This document shows positions 1 through 10,100 of a stretch of 64,000 nt of DNA, piece by piece (the first letter of the stretch is position 1; each line of letters begins with the position of its first letter). The DNA is from Rubripirellula sp. (GTDB taxonomy: Bacteria; Planctomycetota; Planctomycetia; Pirellulales; Pirellulaceae): contig OZ244207.1 in the NCBI GenBank assembly GCA_965216875.1, positions 3,840,001-3,904,000 on the forward strand, written 5' to 3'. The notes beneath the pieces were generated by a model. The model ran no database searches and had not been told where the DNA came from. It worked only from the letters and a program-made list of their open reading frames with translations. The position numbers and the translations under genes were made by a program.

Positions 1-947
1 CCACCGCCGTTCAAATCACCAACGCACTGATCCCGGCGCTTAAACGCATGCACGCCGCGTTGGCCGAAAAAGCAGCCGAGTGGGACAAGGTCATCAAGAT
101 CGGCCGCACGCATTTGATGGATGCAACGCCGCTGCGACTGGGACAAGAATTTGGCGGCTTCGCTCGACAATTGGAACTTTCCATCGAACGCGCCGAAGCC
201 GCACGCCAAGCCGTGCTGGAACTTCCCGTCGGTGGGACTGCCGTCGGAAGCGGAATCAACACACATCCCGAATTTGGCAGCCGCGTCGCAACCGAACTCG
301 AAAAGAAAACGGGCATCCCTTTTGTCGAAGCGGTCAACCACTTCGAAGCAAACGCTCAACGCGATGCACTCGTCAAAACGCATGGCGACCTCAAATGCAT
401 CGCTCAAACGCTATTCAACGTTGCCAACAACATCCGTTGGTTGGGAAGCGGCCCGCGTTGCGGGTTCTACGAGGTCAAGCTGCCGAGCCGCCAACCCGGC
501 AGCTCGATCATGCCAGGCAAGGTGAACCCGGTGATGTGTGAATCATTGATGCAGTTGACCGCGCGCGTGATCGGAAACGATTCATGCATCACGATCAGCG
601 GTGCTGCGGGCGGCAACTTCCAATTGAACATCATGATGCCGGTCATGGCCCACACCACGCTTGAATCGATCCACCTGCTCGCCAAGGGCACCGACGCGTT
701 CGTCGAATTCTGTGTCGATGAAATGGAAGCCAACGAAGAGTCGTGTGAAGCCGCGGTCGAACAGAGCTTATCGATGTGCACGAGCCTGAACCCACTGATC
801 GGCTACGAGCAAGCGGCCAAGCTCGCCAAAGAAGCTTTCAGCACCGGGCAAACGATTCGCCAACTCTGCCAAGAAAAGAACATCTTGCCAGAGGAAACGC
901 TCAAAGAAGCACTCGACCCATGGACGATGACCGAGCCTCAAGAATAG
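1..947 (+). CDS. fumC: Class II fumarate hydratase, 5'-truncated by the window edge
   Basis: Frame open from position 3; motifs GRTHLMDATP and the signature SSIMPGKVNP; stop TAG 945-947. Confidence 0.93.
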   Translation, partial: TAVQITNALIPALKRMHAALAEKAAEWDKVIKIGRTHLMDATPLRLGQEFGGFARQLELSIERAEAARQAVLELPVGGTAVGSGINTHPEFGSRVATELEKKTGIPFVEAVNHFEANAQRDALVKTHGDLKCIAQTLFNVANNIRWLGSGPRCGFYEVKLPSRQPGSSIMPGKVNPVMCESLMQLTARVIGNDSCITISGAAGGNFQLNIMMPVMAHTTLESIHLLAKGTDAFVEFCVDEMEANEESCEAAVEQSLSMCTSLNPLIGYEQAAKLAKEAFSTGQTIRQLCQEKNILPEETLKEALDPWTMTEPQE

Positions 948-969
948 AGCGTGCGTTGAAGGAACGCGT

Positions 970-1002
970 TGAGCCGCGATCGCGTAAGCGGCCGGGCCTT
1001 CG
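970..1002 (+). repeat. Partial copy of repeat family A (core TGAGCCGCGATCGCGTAAGCGGCCGGGCC)
   Basis: Core identical to the copy at ~4556-4590; close variants at 25.1, 35.0 and 46.6 kb. Confidence 0.85.
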
Positions 1003-1021
1003 CTTCGGCCTTCGCTTCACC

Positions 1022-1098
1022 ATAGCGACGCTCGCCAGAGCGTGGGGCAGTGGAGAGCGGCCAAACAACACAAACCACCTTCTGGCGAAGGTAGCTAC
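1022..1098. repeat. Inverted pair of GTAG-type REP-like palindromes (family B, REPIN-like)
   Basis: 1075-1098 CCACCTTCTGGCGAAGGTAGCTAC is the exact reverse complement of 63218-63241; degenerate partner at 1022-1045; lies between convergent genes. Confidence 0.85.
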
Positions 1099-1109
1099 AA
1101 ACATGCAAA

Positions 1110-2159
1110 CTAGTCGAAATCGATCCAGCAACATTCGACGTTCTGGACGTTGCCCGCGGCCAACTCGGCTTCGTTGATGCAAAAGTGCAAGCGGATCTCG
1201 ATCGTGTTGTCGATGCAAATCAACTTGCAATGGTCTGCATCGGGAAGATCGTTGTCGCCGGTCGTTGGCCGTGTGAAGCCCCCAATCCCCGTTCGATCAT
1301 CCGAGTCAATCTCCTCCAAGAGGCTCCAAAAACGATCGTAGCGCTCGTCCGAATAGGGAAATCGAACCACTTCGAACGCCCCGCTGTCGCTGGGCGGTGG
1401 CAACTCAAGAACTTCATGCATCTTCAAATCACCGACCGCGTCAAAGATCGCGTTCGCCTCGTCCTCTTCGAGCTCGGGTGGAGCTTCAAGCCGGACGAGA
1501 TTGGAAACATCGGGCGTGAACAGCACCAACGTGTCGGTCATTCCGATCGAGTCAATTTCGGAGCAACTGAAAACCGAAATCAAACCCTGATCGGGCAGCC
1601 CACGTCCAAATTGAGTCTCTGCGAGTTCAGCAACGTTGATCTGGCAAACAAAACTGCAAGGCAACTCGGGTTCAATGCCAGAATCGGCATCGTATAGTGC
1701 ATTGCAGTCCTTTTGTCGCGGCCAGGCGGTTCCGGGTGGCAAATCGGGCAACCCAAAAATCTTCGTCCCGCCGATCGGAATCGAAGCATCGCGGGTCAAT
1801 CCGGAATCGCTACTCGGTTCAAATGAAAACCGCAACGCTGGCTTGGTGACCTTCAAGAGTTCGTCTCGCAACTCTGAAAAACCGTGAGTCGCGATCGCCT
1901 TCATCATCGGAGCGCCAATCATGTTCGCCCAAGACCGTGGCACATCATCGAAATCGGGAAAATCCTCTGGATTCATGGTTTGAAAACTCGTCACGCAATC
2001 GCGCAGAAAGGCTGCGTGAATACGTTCGCCATGTTCATCCAGCCAATCGGCATAGACCAGCTTCGCCTCGTCGTCCATTCGATTGTCAATGACCTGTTGA
2101 AGCAACGACGCCTCCTCGTTGGAAAGCTTCGCCGATTCAACGTGCACGTGATCTGACAT
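1110..2159 (-). CDS. TIGR02996 (repeat-companion) domain fused to a DUF1963/YwqG-like domain
   Basis: N-terminal LLQQVIDNRMDDEAKLVYADWLDEHGE; central GGTKIFGLPDLPPGTAWP...FVCQINVAEL...LPDQGLISVF typical of DUF1963. Confidence 0.8.
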   Translation of the reverse strand: MSDHVHVESAKLSNEEASLLQQVIDNRMDDEAKLVYADWLDEHGERIHAAFLRDCVTSFQTMNPEDFPDFDDVPRSWANMIGAPMMKAIATHGFSELRDELLKVTKPALRFSFEPSSDSGLTRDASIPIGGTKIFGLPDLPPGTAWPRQKDCNALYDADSGIEPELPCSFVCQINVAELAETQFGRGLPDQGLISVFSCSEIDSIGMTDTLVLFTPDVSNLVRLEAPPELEEDEANAIFDAVGDLKMHEVLELPPPSDSGAFEVVRFPYSDERYDRFWSLLEEIDSDDRTGIGGFTRPTTGDNDLPDADHCKLICIDNTIEIRLHFCINEAELAAGNVQNVECCWIDFD

Positions 2160-2168
2160 GATTCTCTT

Positions 2169-4091
2169 CTAGCTTGCAGGTTGACTGTCTTTGCGGGTTG
2201 CCAGTGAAACGACCACCAACGTGAGGAACGCGAGTGGAATCGTCACGATCCCAGGTTGGCTAAAGGGCGCCAGCGCGGTATCCGGATCCCATCCGTAGAC
2301 GCTCTTATAGGTATCGCCGGAAAGCAAGATCCAGCCCAACGAGGAAAACATTCCTACGACAACACTCGCGACGATTCCCTGCCGCGTGGTTCCCTTCCAG
2401 AACAACAGCATCACCAAGGCAGGCAGGTTTGCACTCGCCGCAACACTAAAGGCCCAGCCAACGAGGTACCCCACATTCAGCTCTTTAAAAAGAATGCCCA
2501 GCACAATCGCGATCGCGCCGACAATGACCGCGGCAATCTTCGCAACACGTACTTTCTGGCTTTCATTCATTTGAACGCCAAAGACACCCTGCATCAGGTC
2601 GTGCGCGACGGCACCACTGCTGGCAAGAATCAAACCGCTGACTGTCCCCAATACCGTGGTGAAGGCGATTGCCGAGATGATCGCAAACAGCCACTGGTTG
2701 ATACTGCGAGCAAGCAGCGGCGCGGCCATGTTGGTGTCGGTCGGGTCGAGCGCACCACTGGTCATCGCGCCCAAACCAAGGTAGAGCGTCAAGACATAAA
2801 AGAACCCGATACTGGCGATGCCCACGATCGTACTCTTTCGGGCTGCCGCACCATCTTTGACCGTGTAGTAGCGAATCAAGATGTGGGGCAGCGAAGCGGT
2901 GCCGCAAAAGAGCGCGAGCATCAAGGAGAGAAAATTCAATCGTCCGGTCGTATCGTCTTTCCGAATGCCGGCAAACTTCGGGTGTTCACCAGGACGCAGG
3001 ATCTGACCACCTGTTGTCGGCTTCTGGTAGTGCACCGTGGTTTTGCCAACTTCATGCACAACCGTGATGTCCTTTCGCCAAAGCATCACTTCCGAATCAC
3101 CCAGCGTGGTGAAGAACGAGACGGGGCCCACGGAACCGGTCTCGTCTTTGCCGTCGGGAAGTTTCGAGACATATCCGATCGGTTTGAATTGACGCTGCCC
3201 TTCGCCTCGACCAAAGGGGGCACCATCGATCAACCGTTCTTTGCCACCCGTCGTTTCACATTGAGCTTGGCGCAGGACCACCTGCTCACTTCCTTCGATC
3301 GAATCGACGTGAAAGAGATCGAAGCCAACTCGGTCGTCTCGTTGGAGTCGAATCAGTTCGGGATGGTTTTCCCAACCATCGGTTGCCGCAATCACATTGC
3401 GACCGTCAATCGTCGCACTCGAAAGCTGCGTCTGATCGATCGGTCCAATCGTTTGAAACGCTTCGTTGTTGGTTTCAAAACCTCGTGCAAACAACATCAT
3501 CACAAGGATCGCGCTAAAGACAACCAACAACGATCCTTTGAGGAACTGAACCCAGGTTGTCGAAACCATCCCAGCGGTCACGACGATGGTGATCACAACG
3601 ACGCCCACGATGATGACGCCAACCGAGTGATCCCAACCGAGCAACGGCTGGATCAGCGAGCCAGCGCCGACCATTTGGGGAATCAGGTAAAAGACACTCA
3701 CGACGAGAGTGCTGACGCCCGCCGCCAACTTGATCCCCCGCGAATCGAACTGAGCATCAAGCGCATCGGCAAACGTGAAGCGACCGAGCCGCTTCATCGG
3801 CTCGGCAATCACAAACAGCGCGACGATCCAGCCAGCCAAGAAACCGATCGAATACAAAAATCCGTCGTACCCGTAAAAGGCAATCATTCCGCAGATTCCC
3901 AGGAACGATGCAGCCGATAGGTAGTCGCCCGCAAAAGCGACACCATTGACTGCCCAAGGAATCTGGCCGTGAGCCGCGAAGTAGCCTTCCGACGACTTGG
4001 CTTTGCGACCAAGGAAGAAGCTCAATCCGATCGTGCCAAGGACAAACGCAAAGAAGACGGCGATGGCAATCCAAGAGGGGTCGTAGATCAT
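2169..4091 (-). CDS. actP: Cation/acetate symporter (sodium:solute symporter family, ActP-like)
   Basis: NGVAFAGDYLSAASFLG, GTASLPHILIRYYTV and AFSVAASANLP motifs; many TM helices; upstream DUF485 partner overlaps its start. Confidence 0.88.
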   Translation of the reverse strand: MIYDPSWIAIAVFFAFVLGTIGLSFFLGRKAKSSEGYFAAHGQIPWAVNGVAFAGDYLSAASFLGICGMIAFYGYDGFLYSIGFLAGWIVALFVIAEPMKRLGRFTFADALDAQFDSRGIKLAAGVSTLVVSVFYLIPQMVGAGSLIQPLLGWDHSVGVIIVGVVVITIVVTAGMVSTTWVQFLKGSLLVVFSAILVMMLFARGFETNNEAFQTIGPIDQTQLSSATIDGRNVIAATDGWENHPELIRLQRDDRVGFDLFHVDSIEGSEQVVLRQAQCETTGGKERLIDGAPFGRGEGQRQFKPIGYVSKLPDGKDETGSVGPVSFFTTLGDSEVMLWRKDITVVHEVGKTTVHYQKPTTGGQILRPGEHPKFAGIRKDDTTGRLNFLSLMLALFCGTASLPHILIRYYTVKDGAAARKSTIVGIASIGFFYVLTLYLGLGAMTSGALDPTDTNMAAPLLARSINQWLFAIISAIAFTTVLGTVSGLILASSGAVAHDLMQGVFGVQMNESQKVRVAKIAAVIVGAIAIVLGILFKELNVGYLVGWAFSVAASANLPALVMLLFWKGTTRQGIVASVVVGMFSSLGWILLSGDTYKSVYGWDPDTALAPFSQPGIVTIPLAFLTLVVVSLATRKDSQPAS

Positions 4092-4351
4092 TTCGAGCCC
4101 CCCTCATCCGTAGGCTCTTGCCGACACAACGCTCCGTAAATCAGCGCCAAAATCAACGCGGCAATGATCAGGCCGAAACCATAAACGATCGCCAGATTGA
4201 GCCCGGACAAGACGACTCGTTCCATCAAGTCCGCCTTGAAGGCGTTGATGAAAACGAAGCCCAAGTAGAGCACGAGGTAAACGATGAACAGCACCATACC
4301 CAACCGGGTGTTGTAGCGGCGCGTGCTCGAAACAGGATCAGGATCAGACAT
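4088..4351 (-). CDS. DUF485 small membrane protein (YjcH-like ActP partner)
   Basis: Start ATG 4351 (MSDPDP); two TM helices; ATGA overlap with actP, the usual yjcH-actP arrangement. Confidence 0.85.
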   Translation of the reverse strand: MSDPDPVSSTRRYNTRLGMVLFIVYLVLYLGFVFINAFKADLMERVVLSGLNLAIVYGFGLIIAALILALIYGALCRQEPTDEGGSK

Positions 4352-4507
4352 ACGGCAGGAATAGGTTCGCAATGGGAAAGGCGGGGCGCAGCATCGGCGC
4401 TGGGCTAATAACGTAACCAGTGGCAAGCCGCTCGTGTTGTTCCCCCGTCTTCGTTCACCGCGTCTTCGGTGCCCATCTTCGTCCACCGCGTCCTCGTTCC
4501 CGCGGTT

Positions 4508-4673
4508 TGCAATTGCGCTTCAACCAGCAGAAATCCTTGCCCAAGTACATCCAACTGAGCCGCGATCGCGTAAGCGGCCGGGCCTTCGTCGCCTTCACAC
4601 TCGCTGCGCGTCGGCAAGGGCCCGAGGCCCGACGGCCAGCGGCTCACGGGCACTGCCCAAACTGCGCAGGAAG
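4508..4673 (+). repeat. Repeat family A, near full-length MITE/REP-like element
   Basis: TGCAATTGCGCTTCAACCAGCAGAAATCCTTGCCCAAGT...GAGCCGCGATCGCGTAAGCGGCCGGG...GCCAGCGGCTCACGG aligns with 34987-35128 (+) and 25023-25196 (-). Confidence 0.9.
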
Positions 4674-4824
4674 ACCGTCGTTCTGCACCCTGCGGTCACC
4701 CCAGTTTCACATTCAGATCGCACGCTGCAAATTTCGAAAAAATGCGTCGCCAGCTGTAATCCTCGTCGGGCAGGGTCCATTTACTGATGTCAAACGAAAA
4801 CAAGCCGCCCACCGGGGATTCATC

Positions 4825-5943
4825 ATGAACACGCCAGCACCCAATCGACGCAACTTCTTCTTCACCGCCGCAGCCGCTTCGGCAGCCGCAGCCTCGGCAG
4901 GCACGGCAGGTGCCCACGTCGCAACTGCCGCCCCCCTTCCCACCAACCGAACCGATCGTGTCGAAGTGAACCACGAATGGGGAACGTTGAGGGAAGTGGT
5001 TTGTGGGATTCCGTTTTTGCAAATCCCGTCGACGCTCCCGAAAGCGGTTTACAACTACGCACCAACCGACGGAATCGCCTTTTTCGAGAAACATCCCGGC
5101 AAGACGCTCGCAGACGCCGACCCACAACTGTTTCAAAAGACACAACAGCAGATGAACGCTGCGGTCGATGTCTTACGAAAACGCGGTGTCAAAGTGCATC
5201 GCCCCGAAACGGTTGACGCTTCGGAACTGGCGTACCTCGATAACCTCTCACCGCCCTGCGCGATTCAGTTCTTTCCCCGTGATCCGATGCTCGTTGTCGG
5301 CAACCGGTTCATTGAAACCGAAATGAAGTTCCCGATTCGCCGCCGAGAGGTTTTCGGCATCCGTCGCGCCGTCTCCGATCGACTTGCCGCCAGCAACGCG
5401 CAAGTGGTGGCGATGCCGATGGCAAAGCCGACTCCCGAAACGGACGATGGCGACTGGGGACCAGGGCCGTTCCTCGAAGGGGGTGACGTCTTTGTATTGG
5501 GACGCGACATCTACGTCGGTGTTTCGGGCAACGCCAGCAACAGTGCGGGTGTGAAGTGGCTGGCCCAATACTTGGGAAGCGACTACCGCGTCCACGAAAT
5601 CGCACTCACGAATAAATTCCTCCATCTGGATTGTTGCCTTGCCACGCCACGTCCTGGCTTGGCCATCATCTGCCGGGAAGCGTTCGTTGACGGTATCCCC
5701 GAGTTCCTCAGTGGTTGGCAGTTGATTGATGTTTCGTTCAAAGACGCCAAAGAGAAACTGGGCTGCAACGGTTTGGTCATCGATGACAAAACGATCATGA
5801 TCGCAAGTGGTCTGGACGACCTCGCCAAACAACTCCGAGCCGCTGGCCAGAACGTCATCGAAACGCCATTCGATGCGGTCTACCAATACGGCGGAGCCTT
5901 CCGATGCTGGCACCATCCGCTCATCCGTGAAAGCACCCTGTAG
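4825..5943 (+). CDS. Amidinotransferase/arginine deiminase (pentein) family protein with twin-arginine signal
   Basis: FPRDP, FLEGGDV, FLHLDC and YGGAFRCW motifs; N-terminal NRRNFF plus Ala-rich stretch; ATG 4825 chosen because the longer ORF start runs through a repeat. Confidence 0.85.
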   Translation: MNTPAPNRRNFFFTAAAASAAAASAGTAGAHVATAAPLPTNRTDRVEVNHEWGTLREVVCGIPFLQIPSTLPKAVYNYAPTDGIAFFEKHPGKTLADADPQLFQKTQQQMNAAVDVLRKRGVKVHRPETVDASELAYLDNLSPPCAIQFFPRDPMLVVGNRFIETEMKFPIRRREVFGIRRAVSDRLAASNAQVVAMPMAKPTPETDDGDWGPGPFLEGGDVFVLGRDIYVGVSGNASNSAGVKWLAQYLGSDYRVHEIALTNKFLHLDCCLATPRPGLAIICREAFVDGIPEFLSGWQLIDVSFKDAKEKLGCNGLVIDDKTIMIASGLDDLAKQLRAAGQNVIETPFDAVYQYGGAFRCWHHPLIRESTL

Positions 5944-5948
5944 ACAAA

Positions 5949-5990
5949 TCACTGTCACGCAAGTCACTGCCGCGCAAGTCACTGCCGCGC
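5949..5990 (+). repeat. 15-bp tandem repeat, about 3 units (TCACTGYCRCGCAAG)
   Basis: Units at 5949, 5964 and 5979 (partial), directly after the stop codon. Confidence 0.8.
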
Positions 5991-6061
5991 CGGCGATGCA
6001 ACGACGCTGATTCCCCTCTCACCGGGAGTCGACCGACTCACGCATCGCCGGCGTTTTTTTT
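5988..6061 (+). terminator. Probable intrinsic terminator with a large structured loop
   Basis: Perfect 12-bp stem CGCCGGCGATGC (5988-5999)/GCATCGCCGGCG (6042-6053) followed by T8. Confidence 0.6.
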
Positions 6062-6135
6062 GTTGGATTGATGGACCGCTGCTGACCGACGAGCCGCTAC
6101 AATAGACGCTACGTCTAACTTCCAGGAGACTGCTG

Positions 6136-7032
6136 ATGGCTCGCTCGACCGCTCGTCTACTTTGCGTTTCTCTGTTCGCAATCGTGATCATTTCAAGTGG
6201 ACTCACCGACGAGCCGGGTCTTGGCGAAGAGTCCAGTCTTGCCGACCAGGATCCTCAGCAGGAATTCCAGCAGCGGATGCTCAAGGCCTACGACGACCGT
6301 TCAAAAGAGTTTGTGATTGAACTTGGTCCCGACGGACGAGCACTGAAGCGGCACCCCAAGTCGGTCTTCCATTGGATCAACACGGCGCGCGTCGGCGCGC
6401 CGCAAACCCACGAGGGCTCGGTCTACATTTGGACCGACCGGGGACGCGCCGAAGTGATTGGCACGATGTTCAGCGTGAAGCTTGATAGTCGCGACACCGC
6501 GCGGCTTTACGATGAGTTCCACTCCCTTTCAACCGCATCGGTCGTCGCCGCTGCTGGTGGAGCGGTCGTTTGGGAACCGGCCGAGCCGGGCATTACCCCC
6601 AAACCATTCCCGGGTGCGATCCCCGTCGCCAAATCAAAGTCGGCGCGACTGGCGCAAATGCGTCGACTCGCAAGGCAGTTCACTGGTTACAGCATCAACC
6701 GAGATGATGGCCGCTGGGAACTCGAACTGATCCCCCAACCACTGCATCGCACCGGTGATTCACACCCTGTGGTTTCCGACGGCGCCGTCTTCGCGCTCAA
6801 ATCGACCGCGGGAACGGACCCTGAAATCTTGCTGGTGATCGAAGTCCGTCAACTCGATGGACAACCGAAATGGCATTACTCGGTTTGTCGATTCACCGAT
6901 CTACGTTCAACCGTATTGCTGAATGATGAAATCGTTTGGGAATTGAAAGCGGGAGGCTTTTCGACCGCGGCGGGCAAGAACGATATCTATCGAACACTCA
7001 CCGGCCGCTCGTTCAATCCGCTCGAGGAGTAA
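6136..7032 (+). CDS. Hypothetical exported protein, planctomycete type
   Basis: 298-aa ORF with N-terminal basic plus hydrophobic signal, AGGAG RBS upstream; blocks such as RLAQMRRLARQF and GTDPEILLVIE; no function recognised. Confidence 0.75.
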   Translation: MARSTARLLCVSLFAIVIISSGLTDEPGLGEESSLADQDPQQEFQQRMLKAYDDRSKEFVIELGPDGRALKRHPKSVFHWINTARVGAPQTHEGSVYIWTDRGRAEVIGTMFSVKLDSRDTARLYDEFHSLSTASVVAAAGGAVVWEPAEPGITPKPFPGAIPVAKSKSARLAQMRRLARQFTGYSINRDDGRWELELIPQPLHRTGDSHPVVSDGAVFALKSTAGTDPEILLVIEVRQLDGQPKWHYSVCRFTDLRSTVLLNDEIVWELKAGGFSTAAGKNDIYRTLTGRSFNPLEE

Positions 7033-7053
7033 TAAGCATCGAGCGCGCGTGAC

Positions 7054-7177
7054 GCTACTTTCGCGGAGCGAAAGGCGACTCTTTGCGCGGCACTCTAAGG
7101 CCCGGAGAGGGGCTGTTTTGTAACGATCATTCCCTCCCCGGACTTTTGCGTCCGACCCTCCCGCAAGCGGGAGGGTG
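7054..7177. repeat. REP-like palindrome (family G, 7054-7079) plus family C element (7093-7177)
   Basis: GCTACTTTCGCGGAGCGAAAGGCGAC hairpin, then CTCTAAGGCCCGGAGAGGG...TCCGACCCTCCCGCAAGCGGGAGGGTG shared with 37590-37703 (-) and 43363-43475 (+). Confidence 0.85.
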
Positions 7178-7212
7178 TTTATTTGCGGTCGCTCCTTGAT
7201 TCGGAATACTTG

Positions 7213-8646
7213 CTATTCCACTTCGTAACGTTTCAATCGTTCGCGAAGGGTGCCGCGGTGGATTCCCAACAATTCGGCGGCGGCCGCTCGGTTTCCGCCC
7301 GTGTGCTCGAGCACCACGCGCAACAGCGCCGGCTCCGCTGCCGCCAGGAATGCCTCGTGCAAATCGCCTTCGACCGCTTCTGATTCAAGCCGACTTCGTG
7401 TCCATGACTCGACCGCGGCGTCCACTGACGTCCCGGTCGCTCCGCCCATGCCGTTTTGCGGGTCTGGAAAGTCAGAAAGAACCAGCGGTCGACCGCGTGC
7501 CACGACCGAAGCGTGTTCGACCGCATTGCGAAGCTCGCGGACATTGCCCCACCATGGCCGTTGTTGCAATTGCTCGATCAATTCGTCGTCCATCGCCGAA
7601 TCGGGCGACGGGTAACCGATCCGCTGCAAAAAGAAACGACACAGCAACGGCAGGTCTTCCATCCGATGCCTTAGCGGCGGCAGTCGAATGGAAACGGCGG
7701 CCAACCGATACAACAAGTCCTCTCGAAACGTTCCTTCGGCAACCGCTTCTTGCAAATCGCGGTTGGTCGCTGCAATCACGCGCACGTTGCATTGACGCGG
7801 ACGCACGTCGCCGACCGCGGTGAATTCTCCCTGCTCGATCACACGCAACAACTTGACTTGCGCGGCCATCGGAAGGTCGCCGATTTCATCAAGCAACACG
7901 GTTCCGCCATCGGCAAGTTCGAACAACCCTCGTCGGTCCTCCGACGCGCCGGTGTAAGCACCTTTGACGTGGCCAAACAATTCGCTTTCGATCACCGATT
8001 CATTCAACGTCACCGGCGCGACCGCCAAGTAGGCTTGATCGCTTCGCTGGCTATGACGGTGAATCGCAGCCGCAACGAGTTCTTTGCCCGTTCCGGTCTC
8101 GCCCGTGATCATGACGGAAAGATCACTGTCGGCGACCAAAGCGATTTGGCGAAAGACTTGTTGCATTTCGGCCGAGCGTCCAACCAAAACCGATGCGTCA
8201 GAAGGCCGCTGGGCGGATTCATCCGATTGCTCGGGAACATCCTCGGCAACCACTACGCGAGCTCGCATCGCCTGACGGCATGTCTTGGCAGCGTCCTCGA
8301 GTCGGAACGGCTTGGTCAGATAATCGGTCGCACCATTTTGTACTGCGCCAACGGCTGTTTCCAAATCGCCAAACGCGGTCATCACGACGACCGGTGCGTC
8401 GTCAGTCGCCTCGCGGAATTTGGGAAGTGCCGTGATGCCATCCATACCGGGCAGTCGAACATCAAGCACCACCAAGTCGACGTCGTTTTCGTTTGCCAGT
8501 TGCAACCCTTCCTCAGCCGAGGAAGCGGTGATGACTTGCGTTCCGTCTTCACCGAGCAATTGTTCGAATCCCCAGCAAATCGACGGTTCGTCGTCAACGA
8601 CCAGAACGACCGAACGACCTGCTGCGTTACCTTTCCCCTGTGTCAT
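7213..8646 (-). CDS. Sigma54-dependent response regulator (NtrC/AtoC family: REC-AAA-Fis HTH)
   Basis: VVDDE/LDVRLP receiver; [51 protein letters not shown]. Confidence 0.95.
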   Translation of the reverse strand: MTQGKGNAAGRSVVLVVDDEPSICWGFEQLLGEDGTQVITASSAEEGLQLANENDVDLVVLDVRLPGMDGITALPKFREATDDAPVVVMTAFGDLETAVGAVQNGATDYLTKPFRLEDAAKTCRQAMRARVVVAEDVPEQSDESAQRPSDASVLVGRSAEMQQVFRQIALVADSDLSVMITGETGTGKELVAAAIHRHSQRSDQAYLAVAPVTLNESVIESELFGHVKGAYTGASEDRRGLFELADGGTVLLDEIGDLPMAAQVKLLRVIEQGEFTAVGDVRPRQCNVRVIAATNRDLQEAVAEGTFREDLLYRLAAVSIRLPPLRHRMEDLPLLCRFFLQRIGYPSPDSAMDDELIEQLQQRPWWGNVRELRNAVEHASVVARGRPLVLSDFPDPQNGMGGATGTSVDAAVESWTRSRLESEAVEGDLHEAFLAAAEPALLRVVLEHTGGNRAAAAELLGIHRGTLRERLKRYEVE

Positions 8647-10100
8647 CGTGCCGACTCCTGGGCGGAAGGCTTTTTAGGAACGTTCTTACACGTAAGGGTC
8701 ATCGCAAAAACCGTGCACTCTCCTTCGCGTTTCCAATCGACGCTTCCGCCCAACCTTTCGGCCGAGCGACGCACGACGGGCAAACCCAACCCAAGACCTT
8801 CGGGTTTGGTGGTGACAAAAGGTTCGAACAGATTGCCGGCGATTGCGGCGGCTGGCCCGGGACCATCATCGCTTACTTTCACAACAAGCCGGTCATCACC
8901 GACAACGTGTGCCTCCAGTGAAACGTGCTCGGCAACTTGCATCGCATTGATCACCAAGTTCGAGACCGCCGACGCCAGACTACTGATATCCGCGACATGC
9001 TGATCCGCGATGGAATCATCAACTTTCCAATCCAAGTCGACGCCCAAATGCTTGGCGTTGGTGGCGAGCCCCGAATACAGATCGTTCAAACATTGCCGCG
9101 CCGATCCGGGCCGGTCTTCATCCTGTTTGCCCGAGGCGACAAGCAGCAACCTGCGAACATAGTCGTCGGTCGTTTCGAGCTGGCTGACGGCGACCGAAAG
9201 CGCGTTGTCACTGTTTTCGTTGCAGCGTTCGGCATGAAGTTCGACTGCCATCCGTGCTCCGGTAATGCTGTTTCGCAGCTGATGAGCCAGTCCGCCAGCG
9301 ACTTGATGAAGCAACTTTTCGCTTTCCTGTTGATGAATGGTCGTCCACATTTGTTGAAGCTGTGACCGCATATGATCGACTGCCGAACCAAGACGCCCAA
9401 TTTCGTCTTGATCACCGACGGCGATCGAAGCGTCAAAATCTCCTTCGGCGATTTGCCCCACATCTTGTTGTAATTCTCGCACGCGCCGAACCAAACGTCC
9501 GGTCAACCACAGAGTCACCGAGGCAAGCAGAAAGATCATCGACAGCCCTGTCGCCAACGGGAGGACGGCGGCGCGAAGCCGAGCACTGCGAAGAGTGGCT
9601 TCATCAAACAGAACGGCGACATGTGCCTCTTGTACCTCGGACGTTATATGGACACGCCGAAATGTAGCCCAGCGAAAGCGACGCCCATCGACTTCGACCA
9701 AACGGACCGAGTCGCCCCCCCAAGATTCTTGTCGTGATGCCGATTCGGCTGCGGGATCACGGATCTGGTCCTCGAAGCTGAATGGGCCCGTGAATGTGTC
9801 GCGATCGATCGGAATCGATGACTGGACTACTTGGCCTTGTTCGGTCAGTGTCACAAGTTCCGTTCCCGTCAACGAAGCCAGCAAATCGACGATCGGCTCG
9901 GTCAATGGAAACGGCGCGTCAGCCAGTGTGTCGGAGATTTCTGCAAACCGCACCTGGGTCTGCTGGACCGCCCATCGATTGCCAAGCCAATAAGAGACCA
10001 ACGCCACGGCCACCGCAGCGGCGACCGCCACCGACAGCAGCGGCAATAACAAGCGAACGCGAAGGGAATGGAACGAGGCGGACAATTCAGTGGTTCTCAA
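8643..10100 (-). CDS. HAMP-domain sensor histidine kinase
   Basis: Two TM segments, HAMP (DEIGRLG), H-box LAHQLRNSI, N-box NLVINA, DDGPG, FEPFVTTKPEGLGLGL; overlaps the regulator start. Confidence 0.93.
   Translation of the reverse strand: MRTTELSASFHSLRVRLLLPLLSVAVAAAVAVALVSYWLGNRWAVQQTQVRFAEISDTLADAPFPLTEPIVDLLASLTGTELVTLTEQGQVVQSSIPIDRDTFTGPFSFEDQIRDPAAESASRQESWGGDSVRLVEVDGRRFRWATFRRVHITSEVQEAHVAVLFDEATLRSARLRAAVLPLATGLSMIFLLASVTLWLTGRLVRRVRELQQDVGQIAEGDFDASIAVGDQDEIGRLGSAVDHMRSQLQQMWTTIHQQESEKLLHQVAGGLAHQLRNSITGARMAVELHAERCNENSDNALSVAVSQLETTDDYVRRLLLVASGKQDEDRPGSARQCLNDLYSGLATNAKHLGVDLDWKVDDSIADQHVADISSLASAVSNLVINAMQVAEHVSLEAHVVGDDRLVVKVSDDGPGPAAAIAGNLFEPFVTTKPEGLGLGLPVVRRSAERLGGSVDWKREGECTVFAMTLTCKNVPKKPSAQESAR

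Noticed and set aside
2256..3920. 554-aa + strand ORF, and similar long ORFs at 7750-9003, 11434-12591, 20516-21379, 27368-28459, 27621-28868 and 58060-58893
   Set aside because: Antisense shadows of well-supported genes in GC-rich DNA; no recognisable motifs.
4420..4824. N-terminal extension of the amidinotransferase ORF (likewise 4352-4486, 26825-27088, 32923-33012, 43526-43750, 52920-53348)
   Set aside because: Extensions run through repeats, intergenic DNA or another gene; downstream starts give family-typical N-termini.
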